DNA from: Candidatus Woesearchaeota archaeon
GTDB lineage: Archaea; Nanobdellota; Nanobdellia; Woesearchaeales; GW2011-AR15
Assembly: GCA_038874655.1 (NCBI GenBank)
Contig: JAVZBY010000003.1
Span: 41,808-105,807 of the forward strand
Length of the DNA stretch: 64,000 bases
Direction: 5' to 3'
A program made the position numbers and the translations under genes. Position 1 is the stretch's first letter; every line of letters starts with the position of its first letter. Shown piece by piece: positions 30,401 through 38,597 of this stretch. Below the pieces are notes generated by a model that saw only the letters and a list, made by a program, of their open reading frames with translations, ran no database searches and was not told the origin of the DNA.

Positions 30401-31934
30401 CATTTAATATAATTTCATCAGCTTTAGGTGGTTCAGTATAGAAAGATAATTCTAAGATCTCACTTTCATGATTACTTTCAGATAAATTTTCAGAATCATT
30501 TTTCTCAAAGACTAAAACAACATCATTAACATTATCTAAATTCAAGTTTATGTTATTAAGATTTTGTAATTCAGAATTAAGTTCATTCAATTTATTTAAC
30601 AATAAATTAGCTTTATCTTTGCTTACAGGTTTTTCTAATTCTTTTAACTCTGATTTAATTTTTTTAACTTTATTAAATTGTTCAACATCAATTAAGTTTT
30701 TATCTGCATACACATATGGCTTAATATCATCATTACTAAAAGAGATGTTAAAAGCAGATTTAGGCAATATAGTATAATTAGTAATAGACAAATTAATTTT
30801 CTTTTTCCATAAAACTGGCTCATTAATTTTAGCACTATAATTAAAATCAATAACACCAATTTCCTCAGAACTTAGATTCAAAGTTAAATTAATTATTTGC
30901 AATGTTTCATTAACTAAAGTTTCATTCAAAGTTTCATTTAAGAAAGTTTCATTTAAACTCTCATTAACAAAAACATTTTCAATAAAAGTGTATTCAATTG
31001 AACTTAAATTTAAAACAGCATTCTCAACTATAATCTGTAAAACTATTTCATCGCCATAATTATACAATTTGCATGTTTCTAAACAATAATTACTGAATAA
31101 AAGCACTCTTTCTTCAATAGTTATATTTTCACTAGCATTACTCTCTGTGATTGTTTCATTAATAATTATTTCTGGAATAATTACATCTGTAAAATTGGTT
31201 TCATTAAACTCATATGCTATATTTGTATTGTTATCTATAATATTTTCTTCAATTATAGTTTCATTTAATATTGTTGTTTCATTTAAACTTTGATTTAAAC
31301 TTATTTCAATTATTTCCTCATTAATAACTTCATGACTATTATTTAAAGAAATATTTTCTAAATTAGAACTTTCTCCAACAGAAAAATTTTCATTAATTAT
31401 ATTATTTTCTTCAATGGTTTGAGTTTCTTCTGTAATTTCAATTAACTCTTGATTATTAACAGAGGGATTAACCTCATTATTAGTTAAATTATTTTCTTGA
31501 TTATATTCTTGAACAATATCTTCAACAACTAAACCTGTTAAAATATTTTTTCTATTAAGTTCATTTGAATCAAAAACCAATTTTGAATTATTACTTTTAT
31601 CAATCAATAAAACCTTTACAGAACCATTTCCTATTATAGAACCAGTTATTTTTAGAGATGTTAAATTTCCATTAACATTAAATCTTAGAACATTATTATC
31701 ATAAAACTCTTGATTAACATTAATAACTTCTTTTATTTCTGTATTGCCAAAAATTAAAAACCCTGTTAAATTTTGACCAAATAAATTATAAAATAAACCT
31801 ATTGAAAATATTGTTATTATAAATAATAACACATACGACTCATGCTTCATTAACCTCTTTATTTTTCTATCTCTTTGCTCTCTCCTCTCTGCCTCTCTAA
31901 TTGCCTTTATAAACTCTTGTAAGGGTGATGTCAT
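24477..31934 (-). CDS. Giant adhesin: LamG/concanavalin A-like domains, beta-propeller insert, Ig repeats and C-terminal pilin-like domain
   Basis: Three LPFEGGS...FNG.IDE(V/I)K(I/V)(F/Y)N LamG units, SBBP-like DSxxNIYVAG/KF..NG repeats, NET-rich acidic stalk, and a C-terminus homologous to the 21570 and 22247 proteins. Confidence 0.85.
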   Translation of the reverse strand: MTSPLQEFIKAIREAERREQRDRKIKRLMKHESYVLLFIITIFSIGLFYNLFGQNLTGFLIFGNTEIKEVINVNQEFYDNNVLRFNVNGNLTSLKITGSIIGNGSVKVLLIDKSNNSKLVFDSNELNRKNILTGLVVEDIVQEYNQENNLTNNEVNPSVNNQELIEITEETQTIEENNIINENFSVGESSNLENISLNNSHEVINEEIIEISLNQSLNETTILNETIIEENIIDNNTNIAYEFNETNFTDVIIPEIIINETITESNASENITIEERVLLFSNYCLETCKLYNYGDEIVLQIIVENAVLNLSSIEYTFIENVFVNESLNETFLNETLNETLVNETLQIINLTLNLSSEEIGVIDFNYSAKINEPVLWKKKINLSITNYTILPKSAFNISFSNDDIKPYVYADKNLIDVEQFNKVKKIKSELKELEKPVSKDKANLLLNKLNELNSELQNLNNINLNLDNVNDVVLVFEKNDSENLSESNHESEILELSFYTEPPKADEIILNENKKHVVISSDLHYENVLAYTNIKESKKENIKVYWFKDDQKILFENVNYFDTNDNGLIDKIEWIVPHLSNQTFEISIIVLNPYTYLKDNEIWIVAFNTSGIANLSISSTNANWTEISVDNNQTFDEMLFLNLSCGNYPLLDKLLIVDVNNITYNYSDLSENSVKIKKLFIPNFECNQTAYLKNYMIKAGYATLLFEFENDLAYVSDYAYDPSYYYYVEFSNISGCNAVGGCVNAQAFFDGNWFTGSEANDYYISSIYYKPNNVTNVKIISNLNNNITLPQSCVVREHNISVYYHILASQAIDLIVHCIEFNNSDRIIYSSEIGEFPDIIYFYEEGLWFFINNTEPIHDNPQINPQTPTLNKTIFCDTTNLIDYEDHFIRNITTWYINNKSIYSLNLPFEGGSTSGDNFSNGSTRDYVSLKNVSVVNATYLQFSGIIGGAYFFDGDYDYISVPSNNDLRPYNNFSISVWISLNSNNTNQTIISSDSDGGNDDGYFLRITDQGRVSFAVLNSNGYALQNVTSNITLGKNIWYNIVGVYNNSEISLYINGLLVGRKIGNGNVVYTVNNSINIGRIGGTYQPNTEFFNGIIDEVKIFNIPLSISYINSIIYPFSFSNKEQFLDLKYLNLKLNDEIKCSITPNDGYVDGITKNSSSVKIYPSAPTHDDPYITPNPANIFSDLTCNANNVFDAEGDQVVNITTWYKNNQSIYLLYLPFEGGSITGTYSKNGSTLDYVSFTNASVVNATFDTTAGIIGGAYVFNGNYQYIVFPSNPNLRPYNNFSVSAWIYLFDNNTYQMIISTDEDGGGDDGYGLQISNESRVRFFASNNNGFASQNITSNTVLGKRKWYYIVGVYDNSKLLLYVNGVLDNSKQANGNVIYTVNKSINIGRRGGIGLPNTQFFNGTIDEVKVYNFVLSDQQIYNDYLLGISGKLSNIISFTNTNFEDEWKCSITPNDGYQDGITKNSSSVKIKLNDAPTHDNPYITPDPAYTFNNLTCNANNVFDADGDQVVNITTWYKNNQSIYLLYLPFEGGSNNTFTKDYSGYNTSINFSNNLNWSRKFGKVFGGYNFNGTNFIYVNNTNLLKSNNISISLWIKPTRFDVIDNILSNGIYSIFLLNGYPGVSLNENNKNKTLYEFRKNYFLNDLNDDTYYEYLTDLIVDNEDNFIAVGAGNNNPYSIDQIIMKFSPNGTLLFNYTYPNLGHDRYLGVDVDSRNNIYVAGYIYDSVVGHSHYLVKYNSTGTYLWNRTFNPTSGTDLYNDVLVYNDTLIIAVGIKATTVYDWFVSAFNENGVNLWNYTPQISSGIDSANIIVKALDGSYYIGGYDQLLGNFQYRIVKFSPTGVNLFNITTNPTIYNDTLQDMKVDSEDNLIIAGIANQPIDSYINVMKFDKNGNNLWNYILNPTPFNDSIQKILIDSNNDIYGLGFYWLNSTNNVIFVFKLNKTGSQVYNFTLDLSNYKDVFQVGTFDSRENLILGGRYSINTTDSALIIRKFGNEVISNETIKQNNWTHLLLTLNRDIFKLYVNGMNKNSSQVNSNISNSILNLVIGASSGLSNWALHNTGKAPYNGFIDEIKIYNYILSDEEILNEYNYGILNRTNNELLRYAFNLNDELICSVTPNDGYQDGITKNSTKVRINLNSPPRVSNIQILPNEPNTTSNLNCYATIVDDLNTSLRVEYFWYNGTNLFSSGNVSVNNNTNTLISFIASSNTKKNEIWNCTIKAYDGIDSSNYNSTKTTIVNSPPTIPILITPTNNNHTIHERKPLFLFNSSDLDYDDINYTINISFSSTFECGPDVSINVSDTSYQPNYDFCVDRLINWSVRAYDGFNYSLWSLAWNFTIESFLSINLTVNSIDFGIMNILESKDTDNGYPPLIIENNGNIVVNITRIGANQSPFIMAPLNTIYFRYKADNTSEMPSFDYANSQTEWANMTDISISNSTLLRNLNYSDEHDTAQIDINITVPMYEPGGPKYVTIYIVGEQA
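27322..28375. repeat. 115-bp near-identical direct repeat inside the adhesin gene (27322-27436 and 28261-28375)
   Basis: Direct comparison shows one mismatch (GATCTCCATCTGC vs GATCTCCCTCTGC). Confidence 0.85.
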
Positions 31935-32146
31935 TTTTTATCACCCCTCTTCTTCTTTAATGCCCTATTATATATTGTCCAAATAGTTCTATCATCTCTA
32001 TTCAAAGAATCTGCAATATCATGATAACTCATATTAAGAGTTTCTTTCATGTAAAAAACAACAGATTCCATAAAAGAAAAATCTCTATTATTAAATATAG
32101 ACAGAGGTATATTTATTTCATTATTATTCTTTTTACCCACCCTCAC
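31931..32146 (-). CDS. Small HTH (sigma70 region 4-like) regulator
   Basis: MSYHDIADSLNRDDRTIWTIYNRA helix-turn-helix. GTG start, 4-nt overlap with the adhesin start. Confidence 0.75.
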   Translation of the reverse strand: MRVGKKNNNEINIPLSIFNNRDFSFMESVVFYMKETLNMSYHDIADSLNRDDRTIWTIYNRALKKKRGDKK

Positions 32147-32154
32147 AAGAAATA

Positions 32155-32260
32155 ACTTACATTGTAAGTATTTATACTTTTTGGTTTTTTACTTACATTG
32201 TAAGTATTATAAAAAAATAAATTAAAATAAAAAATAAAATATTTACTTACAATGTAAGTA
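32155..32260. promoter_or_regulatory. Three palindromic operators TACTTACAWTGTAAGTA
   Basis: 32155-32170 ACTTACATTGTAAGTA, 32190-32206 TACTTACATTGTAAGTA and 32244-32260 TACTTACAATGTAAGTA. Sites 1 and 2 flank a minus-strand TATAAATA box (about 32178-32170). Confidence 0.8.
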
Positions 32261-32337
32261 TAAATCAATTTAAAAAATCAAACAAAAAACTCAGTAAATT
32301 ATTTAAATTAATATCTAATCCATTAATAAATATTAAT

Positions 32338-32410
32338 GCCTCGATAGCTTAGTAGGTAGAGCGATGGACTGTTAATCCATAGGTCGCCAGTTCGAGTCTG
32401 GCTCGAGGCG
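32338..32410 (+). tRNA. tRNA-Asn(GTT), no intron, CCA not encoded
   Basis: Acceptor GCCTCGA/TCGAGGC plus discriminator G, anticodon arm ATGGA-CTGTTAA-TCCAT, T arm GCCAG-TTCGAGT-CTGGC. Upstream TTTAAAT box and downstream T-run. Confidence 0.97.
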
Positions 32411-32450
32411 CTTTTTAAAAAATTTTTTAGAAAAAACATAAAATTTCTTT

Positions 32451-34667
32451 TTAAATATTTCCAACTAAGTTTGTATTTTGAAGAACTGTTGCTGCAATTA
32501 AATTAAAAACCAAAATCACAAAAAAAGCAATTAAACAATAAAGTAAACCACTTTTTTTAAAATAAACACCTAACAAATATTTTTCATTCAAAGGGTCATA
32601 ACCATTTTCAATAGTATTTAACATAGTTGTTAATAAATATGTTACTTGAATTATATAAATTCCAATAACAACTTGAAAATAAAAACTAGGGATTGAGTCT
32701 CTAAACAAATCTAACATTGAACCAAATTGTTGTGCATTTGCAGCACCACCTGCTTCTCTAGTTAAAATATCCATTTGAGCAGATAATTTATTTAATATTG
32801 TTGTTATCATGGATGTCAAACCTATGACAACACCCGCAATTAAAGGCGCTAAAAAACTTATTTGACTTTTCATACTACTAGTAATTTCTGACATTAAATC
32901 CTTTAATCTTTCTTCAACTTTATGCATTTCTTTAACATAATTAGAAATATTTATCAACGCCTCAGATGCAATCAAAGGTCCTTTTTTTGCACTTTCCACA
33001 AAAACTTTCATAGAACTCTGAATCAATGCAGATGGAAACTTATTAATTGCACCATATTTTTTATCAAAAATAGCATCTTCAACACCCATTCCCAAATTAG
33101 AAATATTATTATAAACTAATTCAAAAAATTTTCCTGCATTAGTATTTTGAGTGATTTGGCTTACTTTATAGAAAGCAATCTCAGCAGGCAACCCATCTCC
33201 TACTCTATTTCCTAATTGAAACAAAGCTGCAGCAAACTCATTTTCTAACTCTCTTGTTTTATTCCTAATTTCAATTAATTTTCTAGTATAAGTTAAATAA
33301 TAGAAACTCAACCCTAGTGTTAATCCTAAAGGCAATAAAATACTCAAAAGTGTTGAAAAAATTCCATAAGGTCCAATTATCTTACCTTGACTATTTTCTT
33401 TATAACCTAAAAAAGTAAAAGAATATTCTTTTACTTTGTCCATTGAAGTTATTATCTCAAAATCATAATCATTTGTTAAACCAATATCCCAATAACTACC
33501 TGAAAGATTATTAATCCCATAAATAACTAAAGGTAAGAAAGCTATAAAAACAAAAAAACCAGTTATCCCTAATGAAATCCATAAAGGATTTACTCTATAT
33601 TCTTTATTAAAAAACTTAATATTCAAATATGCATATTTCTTTAACTCTTCATTAACCTCAGTAATATCTGCTTGTCCATAACCACTTGGTCTTGTAGACA
33701 AAATAATCTTGCCGAAATACCATACAAGCAAAGGCAAAAAGAGATTATATAAAATAGCAATATGATACCATTCAACACCTCCTAAAAAACCAACAACTAA
33801 AGGCAAAATAACTAAACCTAATATTGGCAAAATAACACCTAACATATGTAAAGTTGTTATAGGGCTTTTTAATTCCTGTGCAAAGTGAAGCATTTTTTCA
33901 TAAGTTGATTCTAACATAACTGACATTGCTTTTTCTAAAGATTCAAGTCTCTTTTTTTCACTTGGCTCATATAAAGAAGCTTCAATCAAATGCATACTTT
34001 CAACAAACTCCATATTATATTTTTTCCATCTTTCTAAATAATTATCTAAGGAATCTTTCAATGAATGAAACTTTCCTGTTTCTAAATTCCAAATAATTTT
34101 TTTAAAATCAATACTTAAAGGAGGTTGTAAATGATCAGAAGTAAATTTTATTGCTAATTCTAGATTTGAAGTATGTCTCATAAAAGAAACAATATAAAAA
34201 ATAGACATAACCATCTGATTGCTTGCTTTTAATCGCCAAGAATTAGCCATAATAAATGGTAAATTCATTAAGGGAATAATTGAAATAAAACCAAAAAAAA
34301 GCCAAACCATAATAAAAAAGACTATGCCTTCGCCATTAAAAAGCAAGCCATTAATTAAAAAAGTTAATAATATTGAAATTAAAACAAAACTTAAAGGAAC
34401 TAAAACAGCAAAAGAATTAACTCCTTCTGGAGTAGTTTTTAAATGACATGTTTCTAAGGCTTCTTCAATCTCCTTTCTTTTTTTCTCATCTACTTTAAAA
34501 GATATTATCTTTGCACAGAAATTACAAGATTTTTCATAAAAAGAATAATGACTAGGCAAAATCTCGTTTTCAAAATCTTGAAAATCATCTGTCTTAACCC
34601 CTAAATTTTGATTTTTATATCTTTTTGTAAATTCTTCTATCTCTTTTTTAATTTGCTCTTCGTCCAA
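32451..34667 (-). CDS. Type IV pilus/T2SS F-family (TadC/ArlJ-like) membrane platform protein
   Basis: Multi-TM protein with two T2SSF-like helical domains (NLELAI..LSIDFKK; EFAAALFQLGNR..G.PAE). TTG start. Confidence 0.75.
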   Translation of the reverse strand: MDEEQIKKEIEEFTKRYKNQNLGVKTDDFQDFENEILPSHYSFYEKSCNFCAKIISFKVDEKKRKEIEEALETCHLKTTPEGVNSFAVLVPLSFVLISILLTFLINGLLFNGEGIVFFIMVWLFFGFISIIPLMNLPFIMANSWRLKASNQMVMSIFYIVSFMRHTSNLELAIKFTSDHLQPPLSIDFKKIIWNLETGKFHSLKDSLDNYLERWKKYNMEFVESMHLIEASLYEPSEKKRLESLEKAMSVMLESTYEKMLHFAQELKSPITTLHMLGVILPILGLVILPLVVGFLGGVEWYHIAILYNLFLPLLVWYFGKIILSTRPSGYGQADITEVNEELKKYAYLNIKFFNKEYRVNPLWISLGITGFFVFIAFLPLVIYGINNLSGSYWDIGLTNDYDFEIITSMDKVKEYSFTFLGYKENSQGKIIGPYGIFSTLLSILLPLGLTLGLSFYYLTYTRKLIEIRNKTRELENEFAAALFQLGNRVGDGLPAEIAFYKVSQITQNTNAGKFFELVYNNISNLGMGVEDAIFDKKYGAINKFPSALIQSSMKVFVESAKKGPLIASEALINISNYVKEMHKVEERLKDLMSEITSSMKSQISFLAPLIAGVVIGLTSMITTILNKLSAQMDILTREAGGAANAQQFGSMLDLFRDSIPSFYFQVVIGIYIIQVTYLLTTMLNTIENGYDPLNEKYLLGVYFKKSGLLYCLIAFFVILVFNLIAATVLQNTNLVGNI

Positions 34668-34896
34668 TTTAAGCCTCTTTTTTTAAAAAAATTATATTCA
34701 AATAAGGTAAGAAATTGCCATTTAAAAGGATTTCTATAAAAAATGAGAATCCATAAAATAAATAATTGCAAAAGAATGTATTTTTTATAAATCCTCAATT
34801 TTTTATAATTAAATAAAATTATAATAAAATTTTTATACTAACATTCATAATCTAATAATTGGTAAAAAAAATTGTAAAATAAAAAAGGAGTTAAAA

Positions 34897-37800
34897 ATGA
34901 AAAAAAATCAAGTTTCTATTTTTTTAATAATTGGTATTATGATTATAACACTCGTTTTATCGATAATCTTATTAAATAAAGATAATAAAGTTGGTTCTAC
35001 CTATAGTTCTGTATTATTTACAACAAAAATACAAGAATATTCCAATTTTAGAGATTTATGCATTGAGAAATCAGTTAATAACGCATTAACATATAATCTC
35101 ATAAAAGAAGAAAACAAAAAAGATATAGAGAATTACATTAAATATTATCTATATTATTGCTTATTAGATAGCCCATTAAAAAACACTGATTACAATATAC
35201 AAATAGAAACTCCTTTAAGTAAAGATTATATTATAGAAGTTAATATTTATGAAGACAGTATTCATGTAAAAGGAGAATTACCTATAAAAGTTAGTTATCA
35301 AGATAATAATAAAGAATTTAAAAAATTTGAATATATCTTAAAAAAAGAAAAAATTGAAAAAATAAAAGAAAGTCAAAAATTTAATTTAATATCTACAGAT
35401 AAATATTTCATACTTCAAATACCAGAGAACACTAAAATTTATTCAAAGGATAATTTTCAGATTGACTTATTAAGTGCAAAATTTGATGATAAAGAAAAAA
35501 TATCCCAAAACCCTTATTTAGAAGGAACAAAAGTATATTATATAACAGATTCAAAATTTAGCAATAAAGTAAAAGCATGTATTAATTATATTGAAGATAT
35601 GTTAAATGAAGATAGTGATGAAAAAAATCTTGCACTAGCATGGTATGATGAAGAAAGAAAAGTTTGGGTTGCAAGAGAAAGTGAGATAAATACAAAAAAC
35701 AAAATAATTTGTGCAGATTTTGATCATTTTAGTCCAGTTGCTTTAGTAAAAAATACTTACACTGAAGAAAAAAATAAAGAAAAAACTTTAAAATGGGATT
35801 TTTTTATAGAACACATACATAGACCATGTTCTTCTTCACCTGATAATATCCCAAAAGGAAAAATAATTGAACAAAGACCAGAAATAGATAAAAGATACAC
35901 CGGATTATTTAACAAAAATATTGGAACAAAAGAATATGAAGAATTTTATGAAACTAGATGGAAATTTAATGATTTTAAAGAAAAAGATGAAAGAGATGCC
36001 CCACATAGATATGGTGTTTATGCTACTCCACAAATGTATCAAACATTATTAATAAGAGGACATGACAATTTAAATACTGAATATATTCATATTTCAGGGA
36101 TTAGAGCATTAAAAAGTGAATTATATAATGAACAAAATATTTGGAAATTTGAAGATTTAAATGAAAATCAAGAGATTAATATACAGGAAACAAAAAATGA
36201 TAGAATAACGGGAAGTGATATGAGTTTAATAAAATATAAATATAGTAATATAAATGATTGGATAATAATTCCTAGCTTTGAACCTAATGAACATGCTGAA
36301 TTATCTATTGAAGATTGGGATGATGATGATTTATATTCAATAACAGATAATTATTGTGATGATAAACCCTGTCTAAAATGTATTGATATAACTAATGATA
36401 AAAATGCTATTGAAGTATCTTGTGATTTATATAAAGAAGATTGCCTAAAAAAATGTAAATCAAAAGCAAAAGAAATTTATTTAGAATTCGAAAAAAAAGG
36501 TTGGGCTCCTTGGAATCCAAGTAATGATGGTATTTTAGATTATAAATATATATCTAAAGAGCAATTAATTCCTAACTTAGTAGAATGTAAAATAGAACAT
36601 GGAACAGTTATTGGAACAATTATTGATTGTAATATTGACGAAACTGATATAGCTACACCAATGTTTTGGGGTTATGGAAATAAAAAAACAGGATTAAGAT
36701 CTAGTCAAGGTAATTATAAAGATAGCCCAGATTTTGGTTATGAAGGTGCTGGAAATAATGATCATCCTGTCACTTATGATTTTGAGATAATTTCACCTAT
36801 ATGTGATGAAACTGAAGCAAAATTAAAAATAAAATGTTCTGAAAAAGACTTATGTATTATTAATTTAAACAACCACGAATTTAGATGTGAAAATAAAGAA
36901 TGTATCATGGATGTGAAAAACCTATTAATAGGATCTGAAAAAGGGAAAAACAAAATAACAGGTTATGTAATAAACAAAAGAGAAAGTCAAGATGTCTGTG
37001 CTTATGTTTCTGCTGAATTAATATTAACTGAGTGCCCTTCAAAAGAAAAAATAGAATGTGGTGATGGAATTATTAATCAAAACTGGGAACAATGTGATAT
37101 TAATCCAGAAGGAATTGGAAAAGAATGTGATAATGGACAATGTATAATGTCAGGTGATTTAAAATGCACATGTCCTTCCATAGGAGTTTATTGTGGTGAT
37201 GGAATTATTAATCAAAAATTTGAGCAATGCGATTTAAAACCTGATGGTTCAGGAGTTAATTGTCAAAAAGGGATTTGTATAATGACTAGCAAACAAAGAT
37301 GTATATGTAAAGAAGAAAAAAATTACTGCGGTGATAACATAATTCAAAGACCTAATGATGATGGTTTTATTGAAGAATGTGATGGCACAGATGACAAATC
37401 TTGTCCTGGACAATGTAAAAGTGATTGTACTTGTCCTAATAGCATAAATACTTTATGTAAGGTGTGTCATTGGGATCAAGGCCAACCTGGTTGTTTTAGA
37501 GAATATACCTCTAATTGCCCAAACTCTTGGAATGGACACAATTCACATCAGTATGATATACTCGTTTGTGATCCTAACAATCCTCCAATATATTCAAATG
37601 GCAAAAAGGTTGATCCTTCAGAATGCAAACCTGAGTCTTTATGTAATCCAAAATGTTATGGAACAGGTTTATGTAATAAAAATAATATATGTGATTATAA
37701 AGAAAGTTGTGATAATTGTCCTCAAGATTGTGGAAAATGTCCATCTCCTACACCCCAACCTAATGAATGCAAAAAAAATGAAATAAAATGTGGAAACTAT

Positions 37801-38022
37801 TGTTGTAGTAGTAATGAAGAATGTAAAAATAATATATGTATAAAAAAAGATAATCCACCTAAAGAAGAAAATCCACAACCTCCAAACCCTCCTGAAAATC
37901 CACCTAATCCACCAACAAATAAATGCAAAGAAGGAGAAATTGAATGTGGTACAGAATGCTGTAATTCATATAAACCTATATGTGAACAAAAAAACAATAA
38001 ATATCAATGTAAAAACAAATAA
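34897..38022 (+). CDS. Class III signal peptide surface protein with ZU5-like HFS domain and Cys-rich CGDG..EQCD repeats
   Basis: KKNQ/VSIFLIIG leader, LAWYDE..W...DHFSPVAL, three CGD(G/N)II..E(Q/E)CD repeats and a Pro-rich linker. Confidence 0.75.
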   Translation: MKKNQVSIFLIIGIMIITLVLSIILLNKDNKVGSTYSSVLFTTKIQEYSNFRDLCIEKSVNNALTYNLIKEENKKDIENYIKYYLYYCLLDSPLKNTDYNIQIETPLSKDYIIEVNIYEDSIHVKGELPIKVSYQDNNKEFKKFEYILKKEKIEKIKESQKFNLISTDKYFILQIPENTKIYSKDNFQIDLLSAKFDDKEKISQNPYLEGTKVYYITDSKFSNKVKACINYIEDMLNEDSDEKNLALAWYDEERKVWVARESEINTKNKIICADFDHFSPVALVKNTYTEEKNKEKTLKWDFFIEHIHRPCSSSPDNIPKGKIIEQRPEIDKRYTGLFNKNIGTKEYEEFYETRWKFNDFKEKDERDAPHRYGVYATPQMYQTLLIRGHDNLNTEYIHISGIRALKSELYNEQNIWKFEDLNENQEINIQETKNDRITGSDMSLIKYKYSNINDWIIIPSFEPNEHAELSIEDWDDDDLYSITDNYCDDKPCLKCIDITNDKNAIEVSCDLYKEDCLKKCKSKAKEIYLEFEKKGWAPWNPSNDGILDYKYISKEQLIPNLVECKIEHGTVIGTIIDCNIDETDIATPMFWGYGNKKTGLRSSQGNYKDSPDFGYEGAGNNDHPVTYDFEIISPICDETEAKLKIKCSEKDLCIINLNNHEFRCENKECIMDVKNLLIGSEKGKNKITGYVINKRESQDVCAYVSAELILTECPSKEKIECGDGIINQNWEQCDINPEGIGKECDNGQCIMSGDLKCTCPSIGVYCGDGIINQKFEQCDLKPDGSGVNCQKGICIMTSKQRCICKEEKNYCGDNIIQRPNDDGFIEECDGTDDKSCPGQCKSDCTCPNSINTLCKVCHWDQGQPGCFREYTSNCPNSWNGHNSHQYDILVCDPNNPPIYSNGKKVDPSECKPESLCNPKCYGTGLCNKNNICDYKESCDNCPQDCGKCPSPTPQPNECKKNEIKCGNYCCSSNEECKNNICIKKDNPPKEENPQPPNPPENPPNPPTNKCKEGEIECGTECCNSYKPICEQKNNKYQCKNK

Positions 38023-38057
38023 AAACCTTTTAATATTTTTTCTTTATCTAAATTATA

Positions 38058-38516
38058 ATGCTAAAAAAAAAATATTCTGAATTGCAAAAAAAATATAATC
38101 TTCCTGATTACAATTTAATTAATCAGGAATTTGACATAGAAGATATAAATGAAGAATCTGATTTAATCTTACAAAAAATAAGATTAAAAATATATGAAAA
38201 AATTGCTTTTTATTCTGAAATGTTTGAAAATATCTTACAACCAGAATCAAGCTTAGCTGATTTATATGAAGCACATTATATTGAAGAAAGTACAAAAAAT
38301 AGCGCCTATTCAATTTATAAAAAATTAATAAAAATATTAAGAAAATCCTCATTAGTTTCATTAAACAATAGTGAACAAGAAAATGCAAAATTTATAATAG
38401 AAAGCTATAACGAATGGAACAACTTAAAAAGTGAAATAGAAAAACACTTAAAAAGAAGATTAACTTTATGGGAAAAAGAAACTGATATAAGAGAAGATTT
38501 AAGTTATTTTGGATAA
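38058..38516 (+). CDS. Helical hypothetical protein
   Basis: Clean 152-aa ORF in the same orientation as adk. No function recognised. Confidence 0.65.
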   Translation: MLKKKYSELQKKYNLPDYNLINQEFDIEDINEESDLILQKIRLKIYEKIAFYSEMFENILQPESSLADLYEAHYIEESTKNSAYSIYKKLIKILRKSSLVSLNNSEQENAKFIIESYNEWNNLKSEIEKHLKRRLTLWEKETDIREDLSYFG

Positions 38517-38597
38517 AAGGTTTTTGGATAAAAAGTTATTAAAATTATATAATATAAAAAAAATAACAATATAAAATAATAATATTGATGTGAGAGA

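Noticed and set aside
32155-32260. Palindromic repeats as a mini CRISPR array
   Set aside because: Repeats are only 16-17 bp, spacers are unequal (about 19 and 37 bp) and low-complexity, there are no cas genes, and promoter position fits operators.
19563-32410. Fibre cluster as an island integrated at tRNA-Asn
   Set aside because: No integrase, no duplicated tRNA fragment seen, the cluster lies on the 5' side of the tRNA, and its composition looks like the flanks.
38507-38534. Tandem 13-bp duplication TTTTGGATAAAAG at a gene end
   Set aside because: Most simply replication slippage. No element lies between the copies to make it a target-site duplication.
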